Assembly (NCBI GenBank): GCA_964626665.1
Contig: CAZVGK010000001.1
Location: 128,001-192,000 of the forward strand
Direction of reading: 5' to 3'
From: an uncultured Gemmatimonadota bacterium
GTDB lineage: Bacteria > SM23-81 > DAOVCL01
Length of the DNA stretch: 64,000 nucleotides
In this document: positions 25,951 to 35,677 of the stretch, one piece after another
Numbering within the stretch: position 1 is the stretch's first letter
Layout: each line of letters begins with the position of its first letter
Translations under genes and position numbers: made by a program
The notes under the pieces: generated by a model
What the model was told of the DNA's origin: nothing
The model's database searches: none
Seen by the model: only the letters and a program-made list of their open reading frames with translations

Positions 25951-26730
25951 ATGAACCTCTCCTCCTTGGATCACCGTTCCCTTCTGGCCTTTAGCCTACT
26001 CTTTATTAGGGTGCTAGGGTTGATATTTGCGGCCCCCTTCTTTGGCAACACGGCCATCCCCAAGAGAACGAAGGTGGGGCTCTCTCTGGTCTTGGCCGGT
26101 CTCCTCCTCCCTTTTATTCCCTTTCCACCACCGGTCCCGGATGGTCCACTGCCCATAGCCCTTGCTGTAATTAAGGAACTTCTTATTGGCGTTATTTTGG
26201 GGTTTTCCGTCTTTCTGCTCTTTGAAGCCGTAGTCTTCTTCGGCCAGGTGGTTAGCTACCAGATGGGGTTTGCTATCGTCTCCTCCATTGATCCGGAATC
26301 CCAGCAAAGGGTCCCTATCATCGGAAAGTTTGAATACCTTTTGGTCTTTCTGGTCTTCCTAGCGGTGAACGGACACCACCTCCTCCTCTCCGGCCTCTAC
26401 TCCAGCCTGCGGGTTATCCCCCTGGGGGAGGCATCCCTAAACTCCTCCCTCCTCCCCTTTATGATCGGTTCTACCAAAGGGGTATTTGCCATAGCCCTCA
26501 AGTTGGGGGCTCCTGTTATAGCTGCCCTTCTCTTCAGTGATTTAATAATGGGCCTGATGGCCAGGGCTATCCCTCAAATGAATGTTTTTATCATCGGTTA
26601 TCCCATCAGGATCGGGGTTGGTTTTCTGGCCCTGGCCTTTGGCATCCCCCTTCTGGTGGGCAACCTGCATCAGCTTTTTCGGGGTTTGGGGGGGGAGATC
26701 GCTACCCTGCTCAGGATTTTAGCCCCCTGA
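25951..26730 (+). CDS. fliR: Flagellar export gate protein FliR
   Basis: RVLGLIFAAPFF, ELLIG, QMGF, NGHHLLL, RAIPQMNVF. Confidence 0.96.
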   Translation: MNLSSLDHRSLLAFSLLFIRVLGLIFAAPFFGNTAIPKRTKVGLSLVLAGLLLPFIPFPPPVPDGPLPIALAVIKELLIGVILGFSVFLLFEAVVFFGQVVSYQMGFAIVSSIDPESQQRVPIIGKFEYLLVFLVFLAVNGHHLLLSGLYSSLRVIPLGEASLNSSLLPFMIGSTKGVFAIALKLGAPVIAALLFSDLIMGLMARAIPQMNVFIIGYPIRIGVGFLALAFGIPLLVGNLHQLFRGLGGEIATLLRILAP

Positions 26731-26742
26731 GTAGAGGCTTAT

Positions 26743-26830
26743 ACAATTATCAATTAGCAAGTTAAAATGAAATGAAGACCGAAGTGTCACTTTCCATTGA
26801 TAATTGATAATTGATCATGACCATTTCTTA
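26743..26830. repeat. Composite CAATTA/ATTGAT heptamer element
   Basis: caattatcaattagcaagttaaaatgaa...tttccattgataattgataattgatcatgaccatttctt; near copy at 43961-44050. Confidence 0.8.
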
Positions 26831-26858
26831 GCGGTGGACTTGAGCGCAAAGGAGAAAT

Positions 26859-27929
26859 ATGACCGAGGACTCCTTTCAGGAAAAGACTGAGAAGGCAACC
26901 CCCCGTCGGAGACAAAAGGCCCGGGAAAGGGGGAATGTAGCTAAGAGCACCGAGTTGAACTCTGCCCTCATCCTCTTGGCCAGTCTTGCTGCTCTGGGAT
27001 TTTTGGCCGCTGGTATGAGCAGAAGATTGATGGCTCTCTCTCGCTTCTTCCTCTCCCAGGGTTTTGCTATACAACTCAACCAGGTCAATCTCTATTCCTA
27101 CTTTTGCTTTGTTCTCAAGGCAATTTTTACCTTATTTGCTCCCTTTCTCTTGGTGGTCGCCATCGCCGGGGTAGCTTCTAACCTGGCTCAGGTTGGTTTT
27201 CTCTTTACCCTGGAGCCCCTGAAACCAAAGCTAAGTACCCTCAATCCGCTGTCCGGGTTCAAGAGGCTTTTCTCCCTTAAGGGGCTCTTTGAACTACCCA
27301 AGGCGGTCTTCAAGCTAATTATTATCGGAATAATCAGTTATCTCACCATTAAGGGTAAGCTAACTCAATTCTTTCTCCTCTCTCAAATGGGATTAAATGC
27401 GATGTTAAAGGTTATTGGGAAGGTTGCTTTACTCTTGGGGGTGAGGGTCTCCCTGGCGTTTCTCGTCCTGGCGGCAATTGACTATGCCTTTCAAAAGTGG
27501 GACTATGAAAAAAAGCTAAGGATGACCAAAGATGAGGTGAAAGAGGAGAGAAAGCAGTATGAGGGTGATCCATTGATCAAGGGAAGGATAAGGAGCGTGC
27601 AGAGGGAACTGGCTCGGAGGAGGATGATGAAGGAGATTCCCAAGGCCGATGTGATCATCACTAACCCTACTACCTTGGCGGTGGCCCTCAGGTATGATCC
27701 CGAAAAGATGTCTGCTCCTCAGGTGGTGGCCAAGGGGGCGAGGCTCCTGGCCCAGAAGATTATGGAATTGGCCAGGAAACATAATGTCCCCATAGTAGAG
27801 AACAGGAGGTTGGCCAGGCTGCTCTACAGAAAGGTCAAGGTTGGAGAGGAGGTACCTGTCGCCCTCTATCAGGCAGTGGCTGAGGTTCTTTCCTACATTT
27901 ATAAGTTGAAGAATAAGGTGATAGGCTAA
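26859..27929 (+). CDS. flhB: Flagellar export switch protein FlhB
   Basis: EKTEKATPRRRQKARERGNV, MTKDEVKEERKQYEGDP, ITNPTT(H)LAVAL, PQVVAKG. Confidence 0.97.
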   Translation: MTEDSFQEKTEKATPRRRQKARERGNVAKSTELNSALILLASLAALGFLAAGMSRRLMALSRFFLSQGFAIQLNQVNLYSYFCFVLKAIFTLFAPFLLVVAIAGVASNLAQVGFLFTLEPLKPKLSTLNPLSGFKRLFSLKGLFELPKAVFKLIIIGIISYLTIKGKLTQFFLLSQMGLNAMLKVIGKVALLLGVRVSLAFLVLAAIDYAFQKWDYEKKLRMTKDEVKEERKQYEGDPLIKGRIRSVQRELARRRMMKEIPKADVIITNPTTLAVALRYDPEKMSAPQVVAKGARLLAQKIMELARKHNVPIVENRRLARLLYRKVKVGEEVPVALYQAVAEVLSYIYKLKNKVIG

Positions 27930-28076
27930 TAAAGCTTCGAATCTGTACAGATGGGGCTGCACGCTCTTTGTGGATGTTATCATCCACAAAGAGACTCCTT
28001 GCAAGCCCATGGTTACCAGAATGAAATATCGTCTCAAAGTTTAGTCACCTTAGCGAAGATAAGGCAACAGAAACCA

Positions 28077-30158
28077 ATGAGTAAACACCTTCCAGAAAAT
28101 AGTTTTGTCTCCCAGCTAGCCAAGAGGGGAGATACCATTGCAGCCATTGGGGTGATTGTGGTTATTACCCTGATTGTCATCCCTTTACCCCCTCACCTGT
28201 TGGATGTTCTCCTCACCTTCAACATCGCCTTCTCCTTGATCATCATCCTGGTTTCTATGTATACCCTAAAGCCCCTTGACTTCTCCGTATTCCCCTCCCT
28301 TTTGTTGGTGGTCACCCTCTTTCGGTTGGGCCTCAATGTATCTACCACCAGGCTTATCCTGTTGAAGGCCTATGCCGGAGATGTGATATTGGCCTTTGGC
28401 AATTTTGTGGTGGGGGGGAATTATGTGGTGGGGATAGTTATCTTCCTGGTGATAGTGGTTATTCAGTTTGTTGTTATTACCAAAGGAGCCACCAGGATAG
28501 CAGAGGTGGCGGCCAGGTTTACTTTGGATGCTATGCCGGGAAAGCAGATGGCCATTGATGCTGACCTCAATGCCGGCCTGATCGATGATGAAGAGGCCAG
28601 GAAGAGAAGGATGGAGATAGCCAGGGAGGCCAATTTCTATGGGGCAATGGATGGGGCATCTAAGTTCGTCAGGGGGGACGCAATTGCTGGCATCATCATC
28701 ACTACGATCAATATACTTGGCGGCCTGGTTATTGGAGTGCTCCAGAGGGGGATGCCCCTACCCACTGCCCTGCATACTTATACCTTGCTCACCGTTGGTG
28801 ATGGGCTGGTGGCCCAGATCCCGGCCCTGGTTGTCTCCACTGCGGCGGGTATAATCGTCACCCGAGCTGCTGCTGAGGCGGATATGGGGGCCGATATAGT
28901 CAAACAATTGTTAGTGCAGCCAAAGCCCATTGCCCTGGTGGCCATCACCCTTCTTTTTGTGGGGTTGGTCCCTGGTTTGCCCATGGTCCCGTTCTTCATC
29001 CTTTCCGCAGCAGCGGGGGGCATTGCCTACTTCTCCCGCCAGGCGCAGAGAAGGTCGGAGGAGTTGCCCCCTCCAGAGGCTGACCTCCAACCACCCAAGG
29101 GGGGGATCGAGGATATCAAACAGCTACTCCACATAGACCCTATGGAACTGGAGATAGGTTATGGGCTAATCCCCTTAGTGGACAAGGAACAGGGTGGTGA
29201 TCTTCTCGATCGGGTCTCTATGATTCGCCGCCGCTCCGCCCTGGAATTGGGAATTATCGTTCCTCCCATTAGGATAAGGGATAATGTGGCCCTGGAGCCT
29301 GACTCCTATCTAATTAAGATTAAGGGGACGGAGGTAACCAAAGGGAAGCTAAGGGGGGGGGCTCTCTTAGCTATGAACCCTGGCCTGGCTAAAGGTGAGA
29401 TAGAGGGCACGCCCACATCTGAGCCGGTTTTTGGCCTTCCCGCCTACTGGATCGAGCCTTCCCAGAAGGGGAAGGCGGAGAGGATGGGCTACACCGTTGT
29501 TGAGCCTCCGGCGGTAGTGGCTACCCACCTATCCGAGGTGATCAGATCCCATGCCGATGAGCTGCTTGGTAGGCAGGATGTGCAGAACCTGGTAGATGGG
29601 ATAAAGGAGAGCCATCCGGCCGTGGTGGAGGAGCTTATCCCTAAGGTGATGGGAATAGGAGGGGTGCAGAAGGTCCTCCAGAGGTTGTTAAAGGAGCGAA
29701 TAAGCATTAGGGACCTGGTGACTATATTGGAGACTCTGGCAGATTATGGGCCCATGGTCAGGGATATAGACCAACTGACCGAATATGTAAGGCAATCCCT
29801 TTCCCGTTCCATCTGCAAACAGTTCTCCGATGAGCAGGGGGAGATAAAGTGTCTTACCCTGGATCCTAAGTTGGAGCAGATTCTCTCTGATTCCATTAAA
29901 AGGTCGGAGACAGGGGCAACCCTGGCCTTGGAGCCGGGAATCGTCCGTAAGCTCTTCGATAGCATATCCGCTAAGCTGGAGAAGTTTGCCCCGATCAATC
30001 AGCAGCCTGTAATCCTCTGCCCGGCAAGCATAAGGGTCCACCTCCGCAGACTAATGGAAGGAATCCTGCCCAATTTGGTTGTTCTCTCCTATAAGGAGAT
30101 TGCCCCTTCCATAAAGGTAAACTCCATAGGGATGATAGGACTGGAAGATGAGAGTTAA
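28077..30158 (+). CDS. flhA: Flagellar export protein FlhA
   Basis: FSVFPSLLL..TLFRLGLNVSTTR, RIAEVAARFTLDAMPGKQMAIDADL, FYGAMDGASKFVRGDA; ATG at 28077 is the likely start. Confidence 0.97.
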   Translation: MSKHLPENSFVSQLAKRGDTIAAIGVIVVITLIVIPLPPHLLDVLLTFNIAFSLIIILVSMYTLKPLDFSVFPSLLLVVTLFRLGLNVSTTRLILLKAYAGDVILAFGNFVVGGNYVVGIVIFLVIVVIQFVVITKGATRIAEVAARFTLDAMPGKQMAIDADLNAGLIDDEEARKRRMEIAREANFYGAMDGASKFVRGDAIAGIIITTINILGGLVIGVLQRGMPLPTALHTYTLLTVGDGLVAQIPALVVSTAAGIIVTRAAAEADMGADIVKQLLVQPKPIALVAITLLFVGLVPGLPMVPFFILSAAAGGIAYFSRQAQRRSEELPPPEADLQPPKGGIEDIKQLLHIDPMELEIGYGLIPLVDKEQGGDLLDRVSMIRRRSALELGIIVPPIRIRDNVALEPDSYLIKIKGTEVTKGKLRGGALLAMNPGLAKGEIEGTPTSEPVFGLPAYWIEPSQKGKAERMGYTVVEPPAVVATHLSEVIRSHADELLGRQDVQNLVDGIKESHPAVVEELIPKVMGIGGVQKVLQRLLKERISIRDLVTILETLADYGPMVRDIDQLTEYVRQSLSRSICKQFSDEQGEIKCLTLDPKLEQILSDSIKRSETGATLALEPGIVRKLFDSISAKLEKFAPINQQPVILCPASIRVHLRRLMEGILPNLVVLSYKEIAPSIKVNSIGMIGLEDES

Positions 30159-31188
30159 GGTGTTTTCCGCCCCCTCAGTGAGGGAAGCGCTGAACAGGAT
30201 AAAGGACGAACTTGGCTCCCAAGCGGTTATCCTGAAAACAGAGCAAGTGAAGGGGAAAGTAGAGATAACTGCAGCCACTGATGTCGATTATCCACCCCTA
30301 CAGAGGCAAAGGGGTAGGGTAGAGGGGATATACGATGTCTTAGATGAGCTCAGGGAGAAGGTTGACGTCATCTCCCAGACCTTGGTTTCCTCCCCTTTTC
30401 TCCCTCGCTCTCCCCTTTCCCAGCTCTGGTTTGTGCTCTTGGGGCGAAGGATAGGGGAGGAGACTTCCCTCCAACTAATCAAAAACCTGAAGAAAGACCT
30501 CTTTTCCGGGGGAGATGAGGAGGTGTTGTGGGATGAGCTCATCTCCCAACTGAGTTTGTTCCTCCCCTCGGAGGAGATTGGGGAAAGGCCAAAGGGGCCA
30601 GCCGTCGTCGCCCTCGTTGGACCCACCGGAGTAGGGAAGACCACAACTATCTCTAAATTAGCAGTTAACTTCTCAACTCTGCAGAGGAAGAAGGTTGCCC
30701 TTATCAGCATAGACAACTTCCGCCCGGCAGCAGGGGAGGAATTAGCCGAGATTGCTCAGAGCTTGGGAATCCCCTTGGAGCTGGCCAAGACTCCAGGGAG
30801 TATGGGAAAACTGCTGAGGGGTTTTCGGGATAGGGATTTCGTCTTTGTAGATACCGCAGGCCATAGCTATCTGGATACCCAGCAGATTTCAGAGTTGAAA
30901 TCCTTTCTCCAGCGGCTGCCCTTGCCAGAGATCCATCTCGTCCTTTCCTCTGCGACTAAGCCGGAGGACAACCTTGAGGCCTGGAGGAGATTTCACCCTA
31001 TACCCATCCACAAGCTCCTCTTTACCAAGCTTGATGAGACCACCTCCCCAGGGGGGATAATGGAGACCATTTTTAAGGCAAAGAGGCCGGTCTCCTACCT
31101 GACCAATGGACAGAGGATACCAGAGGATTTATGGGAAGCAGAAAGCAGAACGTTAGCCGAGATAGTTATGGGAGAGAGGACCTTATGA
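30148..31188 (+). CDS. flhF: Flagellar SRP-family GTPase FlhF
   Basis: MRVKVF..PSVREAL..IKDELG..AVIL; GPTGVGKTTT, DTAG, TKLDET, TNGQRIPED. Confidence 0.95.
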   Translation: MRVKVFSAPSVREALNRIKDELGSQAVILKTEQVKGKVEITAATDVDYPPLQRQRGRVEGIYDVLDELREKVDVISQTLVSSPFLPRSPLSQLWFVLLGRRIGEETSLQLIKNLKKDLFSGGDEEVLWDELISQLSLFLPSEEIGERPKGPAVVALVGPTGVGKTTTISKLAVNFSTLQRKKVALISIDNFRPAAGEELAEIAQSLGIPLELAKTPGSMGKLLRGFRDRDFVFVDTAGHSYLDTQQISELKSFLQRLPLPEIHLVLSSATKPEDNLEAWRRFHPIPIHKLLFTKLDETTSPGGIMETIFKAKRPVSYLTNGQRIPEDLWEAESRTLAEIVMGERTL

Positions 31189-31946
31189 GAAAAATCCCTT
31201 ATATGATAAGCTTTCCCAGTGGAAAAGGGGGGGTGGGGAAAACCAATTTGGTGGCCAGTTTAGCAGTAGCCCTCTCCCAAAAGGGGAAGAGGGTAATGAT
31301 CTTGGATGGGGATTTGGGTTTGGCCAATGTGGACCTCCTCTTTGGGGTGAATCCATCTTTTACTCTCCAACATGTTCTCTTGGGGAGAAAGGATTTGCCG
31401 GAAATTATTGTAGATGGTCCCCAGGGGGTGCAGATCATTCCAGCCAGTTCGGGGGTGGATGACCTCCTTAGACTGGAGGAAAGGGAGATGAAGAGGTTGA
31501 TCAAGGAGTTCCGGCTCTTAGGTCAGAGCACAGATTTTCTCCTCATAGACACCCCCCCCGGCCTGAGTCCCAATGTGCTGAATTTTGTTTTGGCCTCTGA
31601 TCTGGCCATAGTCATTACCACCCCGGAGGTTACATCCATAACGGACGCCTATGCTACCATAAAGGTCATCTCCCTGCGACAGCCCACCCCGCAACTGCCC
31701 TTAGTAGTTAATATGGTCGGGGGAAAGAGGGAGGCATCCGAGGTGGTAGAGAGGATTGGACTGGTGGCTGCCAGGTTCCTTAAGGTTCAGGTAGAGAATT
31801 TGGGGTTTATCCCCTCTGATCAATCGGTCCCCCGATCAGTGGCTAAGCAATTGCCATTTTACCTGGCTTTCCCGCATTCTCCCGCCTCCCAGGGGGTTGC
31901 CACCCTGGCCCAGAGGTTGATAAAGCGGGAACCCTTTGGTGAATGA
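31185..31946 (+). CDS. flhG: MinD-like ATPase FlhG/FleN
   Basis: SGKGGVGKTN, DGDLGLANVD, TTPEVTSITDAYA; ATGA overlap with flhF. Confidence 0.95.
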   Translation: MRKIPYMISFPSGKGGVGKTNLVASLAVALSQKGKRVMILDGDLGLANVDLLFGVNPSFTLQHVLLGRKDLPEIIVDGPQGVQIIPASSGVDDLLRLEEREMKRLIKEFRLLGQSTDFLLIDTPPGLSPNVLNFVLASDLAIVITTPEVTSITDAYATIKVISLRQPTPQLPLVVNMVGGKREASEVVERIGLVAARFLKVQVENLGFIPSDQSVPRSVAKQLPFYLAFPHSPASQGVATLAQRLIKREPFGE

Positions 31947-32176
31947 ACCAGATAATCAACAGATTGGCCAAAGCCGTTGCCTTCTCCTTGGCTGCGGTTA
32001 CCGTCATCTGCGGCCTTATCTTTGATGTTGGGATAGTAAGGATATTGGTGCGCACCTTAGCAGTTTATCTCTTCTTTTTCTATGAAATCAGATTTTTGGG
32101 GAGGATAATAGGGAGGATGATAGTCTCCGCGCTGGCCGAAGGGGAGACAACCCCAGAGGAGGAGGTGCAGAGCTAA
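31943..32176 (+). CDS. Small hypothetical membrane protein between flhG and fliA
   Basis: Two hydrophobic segments; ATGA overlap with flhG; 6 bp from fliA. Confidence 0.65.
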   Translation: MNQIINRLAKAVAFSLAAVTVICGLIFDVGIVRILVRTLAVYLFFFYEIRFLGRIIGRMIVSALAEGETTPEEEVQS

Positions 32177-32182
32177 TAGAAG

Positions 32183-32911
32183 ATGGATAACTCTCAAAGG
32201 GAAAAGTTACTCTTGAAGTATGCCCATCTGGTTAAGTATGTGGTAAACCGGATGTTGATTAGTATCCCTCCCTGTTTGGAGAAGGATGATCTGATCAGTG
32301 CCGGAACGATTGGTCTGTTGGAAGCAATTGAGAAGTATGACTCGGGGAAGGGGATAAACTTCGAGACCTATGCCATTTACCGCATCCGAGGGGCGATATT
32401 GGATGAGCTGAGGTCTGTTAACTGGGCACCCAGAACAGTTCAGGAGAAGGCACGGGAACTGGAGAGGGCCTATCGCCATTTGGAGCAGAGGTGGGGAAGG
32501 ATGGCCACAGATGAGGAGATAACCCAGGAGTTAGGGATAACCCAGGAAGAACTTTATCGCAGGTTGGATGAGGCCCGGGGGATATCTACCCTCTCTCTGG
32601 AGCAATTTCAGTACTCCCCTAATGGAGGAGGACAAGTAACCCTCTTAGATAGTTTGAGCAGCAGCTCCCCCTCTCCTCTGGCGGATACGGAAAGGGTGGA
32701 ATTGAGGGAGGCCCTGGCCAATGTCCTCGCCACATTGCCCGAAAAGGAGAGGATGGTGATGACCCTTTACTACTATGAGGAGTTAACCCTCAAGGAGATT
32801 GGGGATGTGCTTCACCTATCCGAGTCAAGGGTTTGTCAAATCCATACTAAGGTGATCATCAAACTGCGCGTAAGGTTGAGAAAGGTTTTAGAACCAGCAG
32901 GGGCCTCTTGA
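32183..32911 (+). CDS. fliA: RNA polymerase sigma-28 factor FliA/WhiG
   Basis: DDLISAGTIGLLEAIEKYD, FETYAIYRIRGAILDELR..NWAPR, LYYYEELTLKEIG.VL.LSESRVCQIH. Confidence 0.97.
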   Translation: MDNSQREKLLLKYAHLVKYVVNRMLISIPPCLEKDDLISAGTIGLLEAIEKYDSGKGINFETYAIYRIRGAILDELRSVNWAPRTVQEKARELERAYRHLEQRWGRMATDEEITQELGITQEELYRRLDEARGISTLSLEQFQYSPNGGGQVTLLDSLSSSSPSPLADTERVELREALANVLATLPEKERMVMTLYYYEELTLKEIGDVLHLSESRVCQIHTKVIIKLRVRLRKVLEPAGAS

Positions 32912-33088
32912 GAGGTGGGAAGCTGCAAATTTTAAAGTGTAAGAGCAAAAATTACCTTTGTTTCCATCCCCATTAAAGCAACATCTTTCCTTTTACTTTG
33001 CCTTTTTCAATTCTCAATCTCTGGCTGCAAAACTTGACACAAATTTTAAGAAGTTGCCTTATGAAACCAGCTAAAGCTTAGAAGAGAG

Positions 33089-33337
33089 ATGGCTGAATCG
33101 ATAGATTTTCCTAAAGACCTTCCGGAACCGGGAAATATCAACCGGGTCCAGGGGGTAGGACACCGCCCCAACGAATCGGAGAAGAGGAAATTTGCTCAGC
33201 TCTTAGAGAAGGATGAGGAGAAGAAAAAGAAAAAGAAGGAGCACCTTCCCCCTGCGCCGCAGGGCGAGAAGGGTGAACCCCCTAAAAAGGGTTCTTCAGC
33301 AAATGGGCGGGGGAAATTCATCGATGTGACCGTTTGA
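33089..33337 (+). CDS. Small hypothetical protein, charged/low complexity, ends GKFIDVTV
   Basis: ORF overlapping the next gene by TGATG; C-terminal GxxIDxxV motif as in small flagellum-associated proteins. Confidence 0.6.
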   Translation: MAESIDFPKDLPEPGNINRVQGVGHRPNESEKRKFAQLLEKDEEKKKKKKEHLPPAPQGEKGEPPKKGSSANGRGKFIDVTV

Positions 33338-34470
33338 TGATGAGAGCTGAGAAGCTGAGGGGCAAGCCCTTATTCTACATAGCAGAACGACCTGGTGAGG
33401 ATCTCCTCGCGGGCCTAAGGCCGGGTGCGGTTCTCCGAGGGAGGGTAGTGAGGATACTTCCTCCTGATAAGGCCATAGTTAGAATAAGGGGGTTAAACCT
33501 TGTGGCCGAAAACCACAGCGGGCTAAAGAAAGGGGATCGTTTTCGGGCCGGGGTGAAGAAGATGGGCCTCCCTTTGGCCTTGACCCTTTTGGAGGAGAAT
33601 CCCCCTGATGAAATCTCCTCCCGCCTAAAGGAAATCGGCATCCAGCCCACCCCTCTAAACAGGGCTTTGGCACAGGCCCTATTGGCCAACGATTTTCCCT
33701 TAAACAGAGAGGAAATGGAAAGTTTTCTTTCCTTATGGAAGAGCGTTTCTTCTGGGTTGGGGGAGGATTCAGTTAGGATAAAAACTGTCATCCTTTTCAA
33801 AAAGCTGCAAGCTGCACCTTCCCCTGAGATGCTTGAGGCCCTTAAGGGGGAGAAGCTTCTTATGGGGAAGAAGATAGATGAGGCCATCCGCTTTTTTCCT
33901 CAGCTTGGTGAGGCCCTAAGCCATCTTCCCGTCCTCCCTGGTGACCCCCAATTTCCCGCCAGGGTGCAGAAGCTTCCTCAGGAGGAGGATGATGTTATAA
34001 GAAAGGCTCTACCTTTGTTGCAGGTGTCCCCGGCGAAGGTTACCCCTCAATTGAAGGATTTCATCAGGGATGTGGGCTATATCAGGGATTTGCAGTTCCT
34101 ATCTGATAGCTCAAAGGTTATGACCTATCGGCAGATTCCTATCCAAGAGGGGGATAGGGTGCAAACCCTGCAGTTAAAGATCGAGGGGAAAGGCCGCTCG
34201 GTGTGGTTAAGGCTTTTAGGGGAGATCAGGAAGGGAGGGCGGGTTGAGCTAGTGGTTCACTTAGATGGCCAGAGGGTCCTTTTAAAGGTCTGGGCGGAAA
34301 AGGAAAGAGCCGGTTCCCTCTTTGAGGGAAAATTGCGGGAATTAGAGGAAAAGATAAAAGGCCTGGGCCTTAAGCTGGCCACCCCCCTTATCTGGCAGCA
34401 GAAGATCTCCCTCTCCCCTCTTTCGTTTCTCATCTCCTCTGGGGAGGGGGCCGTAGATCTCAAAGGGTGA
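33337..34470 (+). CDS. Hypothetical protein with FliK-like C-terminal domain
   Basis: N-terminal GAVLRGRVV...VRIRG OB-like segment; C-terminal GRVELVVHL...KLRELEEKIKGLGL...AVDLKG. Confidence 0.55.
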   Translation: MMRAEKLRGKPLFYIAERPGEDLLAGLRPGAVLRGRVVRILPPDKAIVRIRGLNLVAENHSGLKKGDRFRAGVKKMGLPLALTLLEENPPDEISSRLKEIGIQPTPLNRALAQALLANDFPLNREEMESFLSLWKSVSSGLGEDSVRIKTVILFKKLQAAPSPEMLEALKGEKLLMGKKIDEAIRFFPQLGEALSHLPVLPGDPQFPARVQKLPQEEDDVIRKALPLLQVSPAKVTPQLKDFIRDVGYIRDLQFLSDSSKVMTYRQIPIQEGDRVQTLQLKIEGKGRSVWLRLLGEIRKGGRVELVVHLDGQRVLLKVWAEKERAGSLFEGKLRELEEKIKGLGLKLATPLIWQQKISLSPLSFLISSGEGAVDLKG

Positions 34471-34624
34471 GGGGAAATTTGCAATTATCAATTAACAATG
34501 AGCAATTAAGAAATCCCCCCTATACAATGGAAAAAGAGCAGAAAGAAGATAGCATCCTTTATAGACTGGCCGCTGAGCTTGTCTCCTATCTCTATGACCT
34601 CGATCCGGAGGAGGAGGAATAAAA

Positions 34625-35488
34625 GTGGGGCAGACGAAGGTTATCGCAGGGGACATCGATCGGATGAGCGGAGATCTCTCCTTTGAGGGTTCCCTCAGGG
34701 TGGAGGGGAGTATCAAGCGGGGACAGCGACTGAAGATCTCCGGAGACCTTCTGGTGGAGGGGGAGATTGAGGATGCGGAGGTGGAAACCGGTGGGATGAT
34801 CACCGTTCAGGGAGGGATTACGGGAGAGGGTAAGGGGGTGATCTTGGCCTCCGGAGGGGTGAGAGCGAAGTATATAAATAATCAAACTGTAATCAGCCAC
34901 AGTTTAGTGGAGGTGAGTGAGGAGATCAGGCAGGCCATCATAAAGGCCGATCAAATGGTGCTGGTTACCCAGGGGAGGGGTTGGATAGTAGGGGGCACAA
35001 TTACTGCGGGGAGGGAGGTAAGGGCCAGGAACATTGGCAGTCGCTATGCTACTCCCACTATCATTAAGGTGGGTTTTCTCCCCGAGGTGTGGGATAAGTT
35101 GGATGGATTGAGGAGAAAGATAGCGATGAAGGAGAGGATAAGGACCCAGATGGGGAAGGAGCTGAGCTACCTGCGAAAGCTCAAGAAGCAGGAAGGAAAA
35201 CTTCCCCCCAGGAAGGAGGAGCTACTTCAAGAGATAGACTTTCTCCATGGAATCTACCGGGACCAGCTTAAGGAGATGAAGGAGGAGTGGGATTTTTTGG
35301 AGAATCACCTCCAGGAGCTAACCGTGGGTCAGGTGACAGTGGAGGAGATGATCTTCCCCGGGGTGGTCATTAATATCTTAAACTCTCAACGAAAATTAGA
35401 GGAAGTCAAAAGGGGGGTTATCTTCAAAAAGGATAAGGATGAGGTAATTGACTTACCCTGGGAAGTTGGCAATTCCAAGGGCAAGTGA
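34625..35488 (+). CDS. FapA (DUF342) family protein, C-terminal beta-solenoid only
   Basis: GDLSFEGSLRVEGSI, GGVRAKYI, GWIVGG.ITAG, IGSRYATPTIIKVG, IFPGVVINI; GTG start with SD GGAGG. Confidence 0.85.
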   Translation: MGQTKVIAGDIDRMSGDLSFEGSLRVEGSIKRGQRLKISGDLLVEGEIEDAEVETGGMITVQGGITGEGKGVILASGGVRAKYINNQTVISHSLVEVSEEIRQAIIKADQMVLVTQGRGWIVGGTITAGREVRARNIGSRYATPTIIKVGFLPEVWDKLDGLRRKIAMKERIRTQMGKELSYLRKLKKQEGKLPPRKEELLQEIDFLHGIYRDQLKEMKEEWDFLENHLQELTVGQVTVEEMIFPGVVINILNSQRKLEEVKRGVIFKKDKDEVIDLPWEVGNSKGK

Positions 35489-35498
35489 GAAGTGAAAA

Positions 35499-35597
35499 AG
35501 GGCCACATTTTTATTTTTGACTTTTCGCAAGTGAAAAGGCAGTTGATGCTTATTGTCCTCTCAGATATCGGTAAGTCCAGAGTAAAGATCCGACCCC
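35499..35597. repeat. Degenerate inverted-repeat pair beside the RAYT remnant
   Basis: agggccacatttttatttttgact (35499-35522) and agtccagagtaaagatccgacccc (35574-35597) are 16/24 complementary. Confidence 0.5.
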
Positions 35598-35677
35598 ATC
35601 TTAACCGAGTTGATTTCCTTTCTTTGACCTTACCTGTTAGACCCCCAAAAATGGGGGACGGTGGTGCAGAGAGTGCA

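Noticed and set aside
27951-28076. 42-aa N-terminal extension of FlhA in the ORF track
   Set aside because: No SD, no FlhA similarity, and contains repeat remnants; ATG at 28077 gives a normal length.
32912-33088. Sigma28 or sigma70 promoter downstream of fliA
   Set aside because: TTGACA is present at about 33034 but there is no well-spaced -10, and no TAAA-N15-GCCGATAA match was seen.
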